From assembly GCF_018350175.1 (NCBI RefSeq), contig NC_058368.1, positions 202,060,001 through 202,124,000 on the forward strand: a DNA stretch of 64,000 nucleotides, given 5' to 3'. Positions 39,851 to 52,365 of the stretch are shown in pieces. Numbering within the stretch: the stretch's first letter is position 1; the number at the start of each line of letters is the position of its first letter. The position numbers and the translations under genes were made by a program. Under the pieces are notes generated by a model, which ran no database searches, had not been told where the DNA came from, and saw only the letters and a program-made list of their open reading frames with translations. The stretch comes from Felis catus (Eukaryota).

Positions 39851-40490
39851 ACACTCGTTGGCTTGCACTGCTTTCTTAGAGGGTTGGTGGCGTCATTGCA
39901 GTTTCTACTTTTGTTGGGAAAATGAATAAAGTTTTACACCAAAGGGCCAAAGGGACTCAAACAAGCTCTGATCTCTAGCTTACAGACCCCTTTTCCGGGT
40001 TCTTCTTGCCCTGTTTGCCAAGTGCGCAAAAACCCACCACAGATAAGGAAGCTGACAACTATAAATTACCCTTCCCCCCCCTTTATTCAGAGCTCAGATC
40101 TTTGGAGAAACAGTCTCCTCTGAGCCTGCCGGTGTTAAATCAATCTCTGATCCACCAAGATCTCCGAGTGCCGCTTGGTTTTTCTGCCAGCGTTCCAGCC
40201 TGGTGTCGTAACACTTTTACAGATACTCAGTCACCATTGGTTAATACACAGGCTTCACCTTTCTGCTATGTGCTGTGCTATTACTAATTCCAGCAATCAG
40301 TCTGTGTATTGTTAAATGCATCAGCTGGAATCATGGAAGATATCTACTTATACAAGAAAAATCTAGTGAAGACACTTTAGACAGATGATTTAGACTGAAA
40401 ACAAAAACTGAATGCACGTGTCATATACTCAAACTTAGGAAAATACGAACTACTCCATTAAAAAAAAAAGCACAATAGTGCTTCTGTGTA
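39851..40490 (+). pseudogene. SLC46A3: 5'-truncated SLC46A3 pseudogene (C-terminal coding remnant plus probable start of 3' UTR), interrupted by a solo LTR
   Basis: 39861-39911 reads ACTAFLE/(frameshift)/GGVIAVST. 40224-40388 reads YSVTIG*YTGFTFLLCAVLLLIPAISLCIVKCISWNHGRYLLIQEKSSEDTLDR*. Both are collinear with recalled human SLC46A3 ACIAFLETLGGVTAVSTFNGIYSATVAWYPGFTFLLSAGLLLLPAISLCVVKCTSWNEGSYELLIQEESSEDASDR*. Confidence 0.88.
39912..40213 (+). mobile_element. Solo LTR, 302 bp, ERV1-like
   Basis: TGTT...AACA inverted termini and a 4-bp TSD CTTT at 39908-39911 and 40214-40217. Removing it rejoins the SLC46A3 remnant. Strand is tentative. Confidence 0.85.
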
Positions 40491-40507
40491 TGGAAGAAAG
40501 CATAAGA

Positions 40508-40720
40508 GGCGAATAGTGGCCAAGAATGTGAAAGCCTGATAAAGGAGGTGTTTGGGAGACTGGGCTCTGGGTTGGCTGGTTTGCATACAAAAGACATACC
40601 CTAGGTGAGTTGTTTGCTATCTCTAGGAATTAGCTAGCCTTGGGGAGGGCACTCTTTCCAGCGGGACCCCAAAATGTGAAAGCATCAAAAATACAGAATA
40701 AAAATACATGATTTGTATAT
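40508..40720 (-). mobile_element. MER21-like LTR, right part
   Basis: gataaaggaggtg...ctatctctaggaattagctagcc...aaagcatcaaaaatacagaataaaa resembles the other end of the recalled MER21C consensus. Confidence 0.7.
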
Positions 40721-40726
40721 TGGTAA

Positions 40727-41063
40727 TGTTACAGTAAATACTCGGCGCCCAGGAAGAGACAAGCCACAAACACTCAGGGAATCAGGAAAAGACTGTTTAT
40801 TGCGCACTGGTGCCAGCCCAGCGGAGTCACCTCCAAAGGCTGAGCCCCAAACCTTGGCATCTGCCTCCTTTCATGGCTGGGATGGTAGGGGGTTGAGAGA
40901 CAAAAGAAAAAGGGGAGGGGGCACTTATCAGTGATGCTATCTGGGCAGTTGGTGGACAGTGGAGGCCAGAAGATTACAGAAGCCAGAAGTATGCAAGGGG
41001 AGTATCCAGCCTCAGACATCTGGCTGGCCCCTTTTATCTTGCTTTTACTAGCTTTTCTCCTCA
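40727..41063 (-). mobile_element. Short ERV solo LTR, ~337 bp
   Basis: TG...CA ends, minus-strand AATAAA at 40796-40801, and imperfect flanking repeat GGTAA/GGAAA. GC-richer than its flanks. Confidence 0.6.
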
Positions 41064-41099
41064 GGAAAAGGATAAATACAAACTAAAACAAAAAATTTT

Positions 41100-44000
41100 T
41101 TAAATAATGGCAAAAACACTACAGCCAGTGCAAAAGGTAAGAAGAAGAATATAAATGCTTACAGGTAGAAAGGAAGAAATAAAATCATTTCTATTTATAG
41201 ATTATATTATCATATTATTGTTTATGTTATTGCAAGAATCTATCAAAAGAAATTCCTGGAACTAACAAGTCGTCTCAGGTTATAAGATATGAGGCTAACA
41301 GACAGATATTAATTCACATGCTAAGAATGAATTTTGACTTAAAAACACAGTATCACAATTGCTCCAAAGAAAGTACAATTCTTAGATATACATTAAAAAA
41401 TGGACAATATATGTAAGGTTAAAATTATAAAATGCTGACAAAAGAAATAGAAAAGATCTAAATAAATGAAGAGGCATACTGTGTTCATTGATTAGAGCCT
41501 TAATATAGTAAAAAAAATCGATTCTCCTCAAATCGACCTATAGGTATAATGCAATTCTTATAAAAATAAAATCTCAGCAAGGTTTTTTGTAAACATAGAT
41601 AACCATATTCTAAAATTTACATGGAAAGTCACTGGACCTGGAATAGTCAAAATAATTTTGAAAAAAAACAAGGAATAAAGTGGGAGGAATTATTGTGGCT
41701 GATATTAAGGTTTTCCAAATAGCTAAAGTAATCAAGACTGTGGTATTATTGGAGGAATACACTTTTATTTTTGAAAATTTTGACAAAGACATAAAAGCAA
41801 TTCATAAGAGAAAATATTCCGGATGTAGGGCTCAGTGAAAATTCTTGAACTTGACACCAAAAGGCCAATCCATAGAAGTAAAAATTGATAAAATGGACCT
41901 CATCAGAGTTAGAAATCTTTGCTCTATAAAAAAGTTTTGCTTTACAAAGCCATTGTTCTATCCTGTGAAGAGGAGAAAACAACAAGCTACAGGTTGGGAG
42001 AAAATATTTGCAAACCACATATTTGGAAAAGGACTTGTATTTAGAATATATAAAACTCTCAAACCAAACTCTAAAAAAATGAAAAATCCTGTTAGAAAAT
42101 TGGCAAAAGACATGAACACACATTTCACCAAAGAGGACATATAGATGGCAAATAAGCAGTGAAAAGATGTTCAACATCATTTGCCAGTAGGGAAATGCAA
42201 ATTAAAACCATACTGAGATAGAGGTGCCTGGGTGGCTCAGTCGATTAAGCAACTAACTCTTAGAGTCCTGAGTTCAAGCTCTATGTTGGGCTTCATGCCC
42301 AAAAACAAAAACAAAAACAAAACCCACCATATTGAGATAGCCCTGTACATGTATCAAAATAGTTAAAATAAAAAAATTATAACACTAAATGCTGATGAGG
42401 ATGTAGAGAAACTGCATTACCCATATATTGCTGGTGGGAATGTAAAATGGTACAATCATTCTGGGTAAGAGTATAGAAGCTTAATACAAAGCTAAATTTG
42501 TAATGACTGTACAATCCGGCAATTGAACTCTCAGATATGTATCCAAGGGAAATGAAAAGTTATGTTCATGCAAAATCTTGCACATGAATATTCATAGGTA
42601 GGATGCCTCATTCATAACAGCCGAAACCTAGACTCTATCCAGATGTCCTCCAACAAGCCAGTAGTTAAACACAGTGTGGTATATCTGTACCATGGATACT
42701 AATCTGCAATGGAAAGGAATGAGCTCTGGATACATACAACGACTAAGATAGGTCTCAAAGTATCAGGCCGAGGAAAAAAGGCCAATCTCAAAAGGCTACA
42801 TATTGTATGATTCCATTTATATAGCATTCTTGCAACTACAACATTATAGAGATGGGGAACAGATCTATTTGTTACCAGGAGTTAGGGATAGGGAAGACAG
42901 CTAGTTTGTTGTGCTATAAAAGGACAGCATGAGGGATCTTTGTATTTATTTATTTATTTATTTTTAATGTTTATTTCGTTTTGAGAGAGAAAGACAGAGA
43001 ATGGGTGGAGGAAGGACAGAGAGGGAGACACAGAATCCAAAGCAAGCTCCAGGCTCTGAGCCATCAGCCCAGGCCCCAATGTGGGTCTCAAACTCATGAA
43101 CGTTGAGATCATGACCTGAGCCGAAGTCAGATGCTTAACCAACTGAGCCACCCAGGCACCCACTTTGGGATCTTTTGTGAAGGAACTGTTCTGTATATGG
43201 ATTGTGGTGAGGGTTACACAAATCTATATATGTGATAAAATTGTTAAGAAGTAAATACACACATACAAATACAGGAAAACTGGTGAAATCTGAAGAAGGC
43301 TCACAGTTCTGAAAATTATTACCATTGTGGGAAGCTAAACGAAGGATATCCTGGATCTCCATGTTATTTCTTAACATTCTGCTTTCTTAGTGCAGAGCCT
43401 GATGCGGGGCTCCGACTCATGAATTGCAGGATCACATGAGCTGAAGTCGGATGCTTAACTGACTGAGCCACCCAGGTGCCCCTGAAGTGCATTTAAAGCA
43501 CATTAGTGGGAAATCTATAACCTTAAACATTTGAATTAATAAAAATGAAAGATGAAAAATAATGTAATCCCCAACTCAAAACCTGGAAAAAGAAGAACAA
43601 ATAAAGCAATATACATACACACATACACAGAAATGATGAATATAAAAATAGAAATTAAATGAAGTAGGAAATTGAAAACATTATATTTAATTAATAACTC
43701 AAAATCATATCTTAAAAAATAAAATAAACCACTAACAGACTTCTTTAGAAAAATTAAGGAAAACACCAATATTCATGTAATAGTTGACAAGGGATAAAAT
43801 AAATATTTAAAGAGAATAACTTTAAAACATATGAAACTGCTGACATTTCCAACAAATAAATATGAAAACCTAGATTAAATGTATATTGTTTCTAGAAGAT
43901 ACAGAAAGTTTTGTAGAAGAAATAGAGAAAATTATCTAGGAAATACTGACAAAAAAGCACTAATATCAGATATTTTCACAGAAACTTCTACAAAACCTTC

Positions 44001-45180
44001 AAAAACAAGACGGTCCCAAATCTACATGAATTATTTCCAAGATAAAATAAAAGACAATTTTTTAATTCTTGTTTTAGGCAGAAGTATAACAATGGCACCT
44101 AAATCTGATGAAGTGAGTACAATAAGAAGAAATCACAGATTAGTGTCACTTATGAATATTATTGTAAAAATACTAAATAAAGCATTGATGATCAGAATTT
44201 AACACCACATTAATAAAATCATATATTATATACAAATGGGATTTGTTTCAGGAATTCAAGGTAGGCTCAATATTTTTTAAAAAAGAGAATCTATTAACAT
44301 AAAACACCTAGTAATCCTACTTCTAGGAATTAACTCTGAAGATAAAGTTCCAAAAAACACAAAAATGTATATGCTTAAATTTGAATTGATACATTGTTTA
44401 CAACTGCAAAACATTGGAACAATCTAAAATATTCCAACATAAGTGACTAGTTGAATAAACTATAGTATTCCCACACATTGGGGAACCAGGAAGCTCTATA
44501 CAAGAATGAACAAGCTTCCTAGGAATTGAAATGGAGGGATTTCCAAAACACATAAAGTTAAAAAAGTGAAGAAAAAAAAGGTTAATAGTAGTATTCTACT
44601 TTTATATAAGAATATGGAGAAATAAGAAAATCTAAATATATGTGTTTAACATTATAAAGAGGAACACCAGAAGAAATACCAAAAACTAGTGGGATGGGTT
44701 ATTTACAGAGAATGGGTGGGATCAGGATGGGAGAACTGAGGGTGTAGGAATAGAAGAAAGGGGTGGGGAGAGGAATGATAGTTCTCTGGGTATGTATTTT
44801 ATATAGCCTTGACTTTTGGAACCATGTTAATGTTTTCCAATCTAAAATGAATGAATGAATGAATGAATGAATGAATAAAATCAACAGAGATTAAAGAAAA
44901 AAAATCTTAAAAAAGTACAAACAGCAACAAGTCTCAAATGAATACCATAAGCATGCTAACAAGACGAGAAAAGAAGGAATACTAGTAACCTTTGAACACA
45001 GTATTTTAAATATGTCCATTAGGATGAAAAAGACTGCTAACCAATATCGAAATCTAGTTCCTAGCTTTCTTCTCCAAATCCCTAGTGGGATGGGTTGGCA
45101 AATTTGAAAGTATTTCTGGTGTATTCTAGCATTAAGCAAATAAGTAAATATACTGATAGTAATCTGATTCAGATATCTGT
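41100..45180 (+). mobile_element. Cluster of old L1 ORF2/3' UTR fragments with nested SINECs (+ 42221-42323; - 42942-43162; - 43388-43482)
   Basis: ORF 41845-42144 contains KIDKMDLI...ATGWEKIFANHIFGKGLVFRIYK...AKDMNTHFTKEDI (L1 ORF2). ORF 43879-44202 contains NHRLVSLMNIIVKILNK (start of the RT domain). Confidence 0.88.
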
Positions 45181-45436
45181 GTTGAAGAGAGGGTCATAGC
45201 GAATACTGTGTTATGTCCCCAATTCCTATTTTAGGACTGAAGAATATTTCTCTTGGCTGCTAGCAATGCTGCCTCGCTCAGTCCTGAGCTGTCACCGATC
45301 CATGGGAATCACCCATAGCCAAATAGAGTTGTCTAGCCTTTTACAGAGTGGATGATCCCCAAACTCAGCATACCACATCCTTTATAGAACTATTTGGTTC
45401 TTAGTTTAAATGATGTACATGAAAAATAATGTTAAC

Positions 45437-45579
45437 CAGGGATTTTCAGTCTGTGGCCTATAGGCCAAATTCAGACAGCCATCGAATTCAGAAGCTGCTT
45501 CCCTCTGGATCTTCAGAGTGAGTACTTGCTACAGATACCATACAGCTCACAAAACCTAAAGTATTTACTTTCAGGCTCT
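45437..45579. mobile_element. MER58A-like hAT-Charlie DNA transposon, split by the provirus (remainder 52857-52878)
   Basis: aaacctaaagtatttactttcaggctct joined to ttacagaaaaagg reproduces the recalled MER58A end AAGCCTAAAATATTTACTATCTGGCCCTTTACAGAAAAAG. Confidence 0.75.
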
Positions 45580-45696
45580 TGTCAGGGAGGAAGACCTTCT
45601 CCCCTTCAAGGTCCTTCTAGCTAGACTTAGAATCAAATTGACATAAGAAGATTAACAGGAGAAAATCAGATTTAATAGTGTACATATGAGGAATCT

Positions 45697-46199
45697 AGTT
45701 AGGTTCTAACAGGAGGCCTGAAGGCCAGCAAAAAGAAAGCCATGGCTGCTATGGGGCAAGTCAGAGGCCTGTCCAAAGCGTGTTTTAGCACACTCCACAA
45801 CAAAGCCAACAGAAGCCAGATCAACCCAGACAGGCCCAAGATGGCAGGTGCCATGACAGGAAACACTTGACCAAATAAGGAAGAAAAAGTGTGAAACCCT
45901 GCTTCCAAGAAATCCCTGCCCCAAGTAATGAATATTTCACCCCCTTGTTAACCACTGTCAATAAAAGAGAAACTCAAATTCTGGTGTATGCAATCTCTTG
46001 GGCTTGAACTTGCCTGCTCTTATATCTCCACAGTGTACTTTTGCTTTAGTAAACTTTCCTGCTTGTTCTGCTTCTCCACTGTGTTGTGTCTGTCCTCGAA
46101 TTCTTTCTCCTGAAGAGACCAAGAGCCTTCAGTGACATCTTTGGGAGCGATTGGGTTGAGGCCTCAGGTTCCAGGCTCTCTCCAGTTCACCTGGCAATG
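45697..46199 (+). mobile_element. Second, unrelated ERV1-like LTR nested in opposite orientation
   Basis: Homology to the host LTR stops abruptly at ~45697. The segment has LTR-like R/U5 motifs (gtgtacttttgctttagtaaactttcc...gaattctttctcc...accaagagcc). Confidence 0.65.
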
Positions 46200-46401
46200 A
46201 GGCTGCTGGAAACTCTATAGACAAGGTATCTGGCCAACATCTCCAAGGGGCCCTATTGGCTCCCTAAAGTCAGCCTTAGTTCCTTAAATCTGTCTGGTCA
46301 TATCTGAGTTTATGCATGTCTCAAATATGACATTCCAGTCGAAGTCTTGATAATATAACTAAAGTTTCCAATGGTGTCCTCTTACAAGAAAGACAGATTC
46401 T

Positions 46402-46600
46402 GGGGGCAGCTGGGTGGCTGGGTGGGTTGAACTTCAGACTTCGGCTTAGGTCATGATCTCATGGTTTGTGAGTTCAAGCCCCACATCAGGCTTACTGCTG
46501 TCAGCACAGAGCCTGTTTCGGATCCTCTGCCCCCCACCCCCCGCCCCTCCTCTGCTCGTGTGCTGTCTCTCAAAAATAAGCATAAAAAAAAAAAAAGAAA
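46402..46600 (+). mobile_element. SINEC nested in the provirus
   Basis: Flanked by the repeat ACAGATTCT. Confidence 0.88.
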
Positions 46601-47954
46601 AACAAGTAAAACAGATTCTTATTGAACTTATGCAAATAAATATATTGCCATAAAAATATAAGAATACTCACTGGGTTTTTGAATTCTGGAGGGTTCAGTA
46701 GGGAGGAGAGGGAAAATTTTCAATTCTACTTATAATGGTATAATTTATCAAATTGCTATGGGTCAGTTAGCTTAGGAAAAGATTTCCTTAGATCTGGAAA
46801 AACAAAACATTTTAAAAAGTGGCTGAGTTTTAAACAGAAAGCCATAGAAATTATGATTATCTTCCTCAGTTCATTCAGTCCATGTTAATTTTTGTTTTGT
46901 TAGAATCCAGTTCTTCCACTAGTTTTGGAAATTCTAATTTGTGATCTTAATGTTAATCAGAAACTTATACTCAAGAGTTCTTTTTATGAGTCACTGAAGA
47001 GGAAACACATTTGCAATAGCATCAGTGTAAAACAGAAACTTAAAAATGGCCATGGTTAAAAATCTGATTAGAGTTCATTATGATGCAATGGACCTTTTGT
47101 TATTTCTGTGACACACACCACAAGGTAATAACATGCCTCAATATCATAAATAGGGTTTTATACAATTTTTAGAACACTTATTTTAATTACAAGCTACACA
47201 AATATAATCTAACAAATAGTATTGCTTATTTGACAATGTTTTCCGTGTAATTTAACACACCAAATAAGTCTAATTAGTCTAATTTCTTACAAAATCTTTG
47301 AAATGTTCCAGCTCTCTGGAACATCTCAGTTAGATTGTGGTCAGAAGATTTCATTTTAGAATTTGACTTTGGGAAGTACGTCAGAAAATATCAAAAGATT
47401 TGAACATTTGATTAAATAGGATCATAGATTATTATGAAATAATATTTAATTATCCATTTAACCTAAGTGACAATAAAAGATATCAAAAACAAATACATAA
47501 GGTTACACAGATGTGAGAAAAATTTACCTTTTTAATCCTTGTTTTCTAGGCAGAAACTTGAAAGATAAAAACATTTACAATATCTTATTAAGAGTAGATC
47601 AATTGTCTAAGACAACTTTTTTTTTTTTAACAAAGAACTTGGTTATTTGAATTTTTATATTAAAACTCATTTACTTACATTTATTCCAATCTTAGCCAGC
47701 ATTGCATACACAAAATTCCCTTCTACACCATTCCATCTCCATAAACCTTCTATAACTTTACTTTTAACAAGGTTTTTCTTCTTTAAATAACCAGTCATAG
47801 GACAAAATTACTTTCTTTTCCCTTAAGAAAAATGTCTTTCCATTCCTCACTGTTTTTTTTCCCCTAAAATTTCAACTCTTACTTTTTCTGCTTACAGCAT
47901 TGTTTCTCATATTTCTAGGAGTCTTAATTACATTTTTTCGAATTCTTAACTCCA

Positions 47955-48519
47955 GGGCACCTAGGTGGCTCAGCCAGTTAAGCATCTGACTTTGGCTCAG
48001 GTCATGATCTCACGGTTTGTGAGTTAGCACATCGCATGGGGCTCTGTGCTGTCAGGGCAGAGCCTGCTTTAGATCCTCTGTCCCCCTCTCTCTCTGCCGT
48101 TCCCCCATTCACTCTCTCTCTCTCTCTCTCTCTTAAAAAAAAAAAACATTAAAAAGAAGAATTCTTAATTCTTAGAAACCTTAGTTTCTAGTGGAAACTA
48201 AGTAGTAAGGAATTGTGAACAGTTTGCTATACCAGTATTTTTTAGATTAGCAAATTTATGAATACATTTTATAATTTCTAGAAATGTGGTTTTTTTATTT
48301 TATTAAAAAGAATTTCATGTTTATTTTTGCGAGACAGAGCACGATTGAGGGAGGAGCAGAGAGAGACAGAGACAGAGACAGAGACAGAGAATCTGAAGCT
48401 GGTTCCAGGCTCTGAGCTGTCAGCACAGGGCCTGATGCAGGGCTCGAACCCGCGAGCTGCAAGATCATGACCTGAGCTAAGTTGGACCGCTTAACTGACT
48501 GAGCCACTCAGGCGCCCCT
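47955..48519. mobile_element. Two SINECs tail-to-tail (+ 47955-48157; - 48290-48519) nested in the provirus
   Basis: Flanking repeats GAATTCTTAA and TAGAAATGTG respectively. Confidence 0.9.
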
Positions 48520-48699
48520 AGAAATGTGTGTTTTTAATGTGCAATTTTATTAAAGCATAAATCAAGTTTACTAACAGACTCATAAGTATCTTTAGTTTAT
48601 TGACATAAGACAAAAGTAGACAAATCTAAATTTAGTGCTTAACCTTTCATTATTTTATCTTATTTGGACAAGCTAGACATGCAACAAATTCAACTTTTC

Positions 48700-48916
48700 T
48701 TTTTTTTTTTTTTATTTATTTATTTATTTTTGGGACAGAGAGAGACAGAGCATGAACGGGGGAGGGGCAGAGAGAGAGGGAGACACAGAATCGGAAACAG
48801 GCTCCAGGCTCTGAGCCATTAGCCCAGAGCCTGACGTGGGGCTCGAACTCCCGGACCGCGAGATCGTGACCTGGCTGAAGTCGGACGCTTAACCGACTGC
48901 GCCACCCAGGCGCCCC
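48700..48916 (-). mobile_element. Young felid SINEC nested in the provirus
   Basis: 16-bp TSD ACAAATTCAACTTTTC at 48684-48699 and 48917-48932. Confidence 0.95.
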
Positions 48917-49795
48917 ACAAATTCAACTTTTCATCTAACTCAGCAAAACTCTGAACTTTCAGGTTACCAAACATTTTGGAGGCCACCCAGTAGTTTACAT
49001 ATAAACCTTTCAATCTTATTTACATGTATTTAACCTACTTATTCTTAACAATAATGTTTAGATTACCCACAAACATCATGGGCACTGGACAAAGTTAACC
49101 ATTATTTTAATTTTTCTTTTTGACAAATAAGCAACAGAGACAACACGAACCTATTCGACCTTCATTAAACACAGATAAAAGTCTTCCAACTAACGCATAA
49201 ACAGAAGGCAATTTTATTTTAATTAAACCAACAACCTTAAATTCACTTTAGTACTGAATATTTTCCCAGGTTACGTAAACATGAAAAAAAAGCATTTTGA
49301 TTTGTTTCTATCTTTCAGGATTTTGGAATGCCCAATTTTTACAAGTGCCTGCTTTAGAACCACCTAAAAAGAGCTCTTTTGCAAATTAATTTTAGCAATA
49401 CCATCCAGAGGTGGAAAAAATGTCTTATGTTTATAGCATATATGAATACATACACAGACAAAATTCATGGAAACACACACAGACAAAATGCAAAGTCTTC
49501 TGGCTTTTATTCTATTTGTGGAAAGGACATTAAAGGCCCAATTCCCAAATACATTCTTTTTTTTTTCTTTTTGTGAAAAACTTTCCTGAAAGTCCTCCAT
49601 AATTTTTTGTATTTCAAAGAATGGCTCTTAAGTCCTAGAAAGGTGGGGGTAGAAATTTTACATCATAAAGACAGAGGAAGTATTAATGTTTTCTCCAAGG
49701 TAGAGATTTGGTGGCTATCTGTTATGAGAGGTGCAAGAGTCCGGACACAAAAGCCATTTTAGCAGTTTGTATTAAAACAAAAAACAAAAAAACTC

Positions 49796-49921
49796 GGGGC
49801 ATGGGTGGCTCAGTCGGTTGAGTGTCTGACCTCAGCGCAGGTCACGATCTCCGTGTTGAGGAGTTCAAGCCCCACATCTGGCTCTGTGCTGACAGCTCAG
49901 ATCCTGGAGCCTGTTTCAGGT

Positions 49922-49979
<58 letters not shown>

Positions 49980-50030
49980 CCCCCCCCCAACTCATGCTCC
50001 TTCTCTCAAAAATAAACATTAAAAAAAAAT
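49796..50030 (+). mobile_element. SINEC with long (CT)n, nested in the provirus
   Basis: Head, (CT)n tract, C run and A tail. Confidence 0.92.
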
Positions 50031-52345
50031 TTAAAGTCCTTTTCCCTTTTATTTCCTCAATTTCAGGCAATTGTGTGCTGTGTTTATGTTTTAAAGACAT
50101 GTGGCTTATAATTTGAAGGGACAGAAAGAATGAATTTGTTGTTTGTTTACAAAGTGTTAGGGTAATTGTGGTTTAAAACTTACCTTTTTTTTCTTAAGTA
50201 CAGGACACTTGTTTCAAAGTCTTGATCTTTCATAATATCTACAAACATTTTGGAATAGGTGAGGTTTGGGGATTGGTGAAGAGTGGTGAGCTCTGACTTG
50301 TTTCTAGAGTTGCATTTCTGGTTCTGTAAAGATTTGAAGGACAAAAAGTTGTTTATAATTCTGCAGAGAACTAGATTACAACTTGAATCTCAAGCAATTG
50401 GACTGCCTTTTAAACAGAATTTGCTTCTTTTATATTGGGAGATTTTTAACTAAAATTGGAATCAAAAGATTTTCATCTTTGTAAAACCTGTATAAAGCAT
50501 TTTAACAAAAGCCTTCTTTCCGGGTATGTAATTCAACCTTGGCTTCTATTGGCCCTGAAGAACACTGGCCTTTCACAGATCATTTGTAGGAGAGCCCAGG
50601 AGAAATTTTTGGTCTTGTTTTCCTGTAAAGGGGGTTTGCCATTAATCTTTTTAATCTCTAAATTTGGTAGGAACTTTTCAATGTGGAAGTACAGGGCTTT
50701 ATCATTTAAAACTTTTTGCTATGGAGGAGACAGGAATTCTTTTGCAGTGGGGATCCAGAATACACCTGTAAGGGGCATTGCATAGGAATGCCTGAGGCTG
50801 GCAGGGCTGGATTATCAATCCCTGGAAGGTAGGATCAAAGCAAGCCTTACAGCCATTCTCAGGTGCTTTTGTTAGATGTATTTCCTGGCTTTAGTATTTA
50901 CTACATGAGTAACACGAACTTCGAGATTAGGCTTGAGTGCTCCCTGGATATCTTATAAGAAAGGTAAATTAAAATAGGTAGATGAGGCCAGATTTTAAGA
51001 AAAATTTACATTGGAGGTGGAGGTTTATTTTTAAATCTTAAGTCTAATTTCTTTGGTTTCATTTTTGTCAAGGGAATCCCTAAGGTTAGCCATTATTATC
51101 AATAAGACAAATGAGAGCTTTCTATAAAGATTATTGTTCTTTCACAGGTAGCCAGATTAAAGGATCTTCATCTGGCCAATGACAACTAGGAGCTAATAGT
51201 GACTCAAACAACTAAGCCTTAATGGCTTAGCCAAAGATGCAAGATGCCTCCAGAGAAGGCAAAGGTAATACAGCCCCTTGATCCAAAAGTTTACTCCCAA
51301 AACTAGTCTAAGAAAGGAAGGACCTTTGCTGCACAGGCAGTAAGGATGGTGTGTGGTGAAAATAATGTCTCTGGTCTCCCACAAAATTATGAGATGCCTC
51401 TAGTCACAGACCCACTAATGTGTGACACCAAGAAAGTGATACTGGTATGGGACTTTTCAGCACTAGTAAGCAACAAAGGTTGAGACAACAAAGGTTCCAA
51501 TGGGCTGGAACCTCTCATGACAAACACCCCTGACAGCTGGCACAGTCAGAGACAGACAGAGAGGGAGAGAGAGAGGAAGCAAGTTAGAGTGGGATCCCTA
51601 GTCTATTTGGTCATCAAGGTGAGCCTTGGTAGGTACATCTCCAAATGGAGAAGAAAAACCAAAAAGAATGTTCTCACTGGTCACAAAGCCAAGCTCTTAG
51701 GATACAGAACAAGACAGCAGGGAAATATATGCACATCAACAAACTTGGCTAAGCCCTGAGTCTCTTGGAGCTACACTAATACCTAAGAGGGATCCGTTGT
51801 GGGGTTAGAGACCATATGTTGGTTTAGACTGTACCTCATTGCATGGAATTTTCTTGAGGTTGGCAGGTGACTGCGTGTCAATCCAATTTGTTCTTTGACC
51901 AATTTATCCTATCACAGGAGTCTTTTTGAGGTGGGAAGCACTGTAACAGCTTTTAAGTGCTTGACCTGTGCCCACCAGTTTTGTGACTTTGACTTCTGAG
52001 GTATCCCTTAGCAACAGTTTTACCTTATGTGCACCTCAAACAAAAAAGACAATAAAACAAAGACCATCTCTGGGAGGAAATGGGTCAGTATCCAAAAGAG
52101 TACTCTACCAAATTTAACCAAAGAGTTGCTAGGCCCAAGGAACTAGTTCTACAAATATTTTCTCCTGCTAATCTAAATCTAGAAAGAGAGAAAGAGGACT
52201 GTCACCACTCTTGCTCCAGAGGACTCCATGGAGATTCTGGGAGTCTGACAAGAAATCTCAACTTCTGCTGGCTGCTTGTCAGGTGTCCCAAGGATCTCTC
52301 AGCTGTAGCAGAGTCTGCGGCCAGCAGTGTCCAGCAAGTGAAAGT

Positions 52346-52363
52346 ATCCTCCCAAATCTGCCA
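52346..52363 (-). promoter_or_regulatory. Degenerate retroviral primer-binding site, possibly tRNA-Ser
   Basis: Minus strand TGGCAGATTTGGGAGGAT lies 2 nt from the LTR end. It matches the recalled tRNA-Ser PBS TGGCGTAGTCGGCAGGAT at 13/18 positions. Confidence 0.55.
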
Positions 52364-52365
52364 AA

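Noticed and set aside
40006..40287. 93-aa ORF running from the solo LTR into the SLC46A3 remnant, suggesting a chimeric gene
   Set aside because: It starts at a non-ATG codon and reads the remnant out of the SLC46A3 frame; that frame itself has an internal stop.
39851..40490. Functional link between a transporter pseudogene (SLC46A3) and the transporter chaperone EMB
   Set aside because: The copy is truncated, frameshifted and interrupted, and embigin's known partners are SLC16 family members. The proximity is best read as coincidence.
41746..42180. Longest ORF in the window (144 aa, minus strand)
   Set aside because: It is the antisense reading of a decayed L1 ORF2 fragment.
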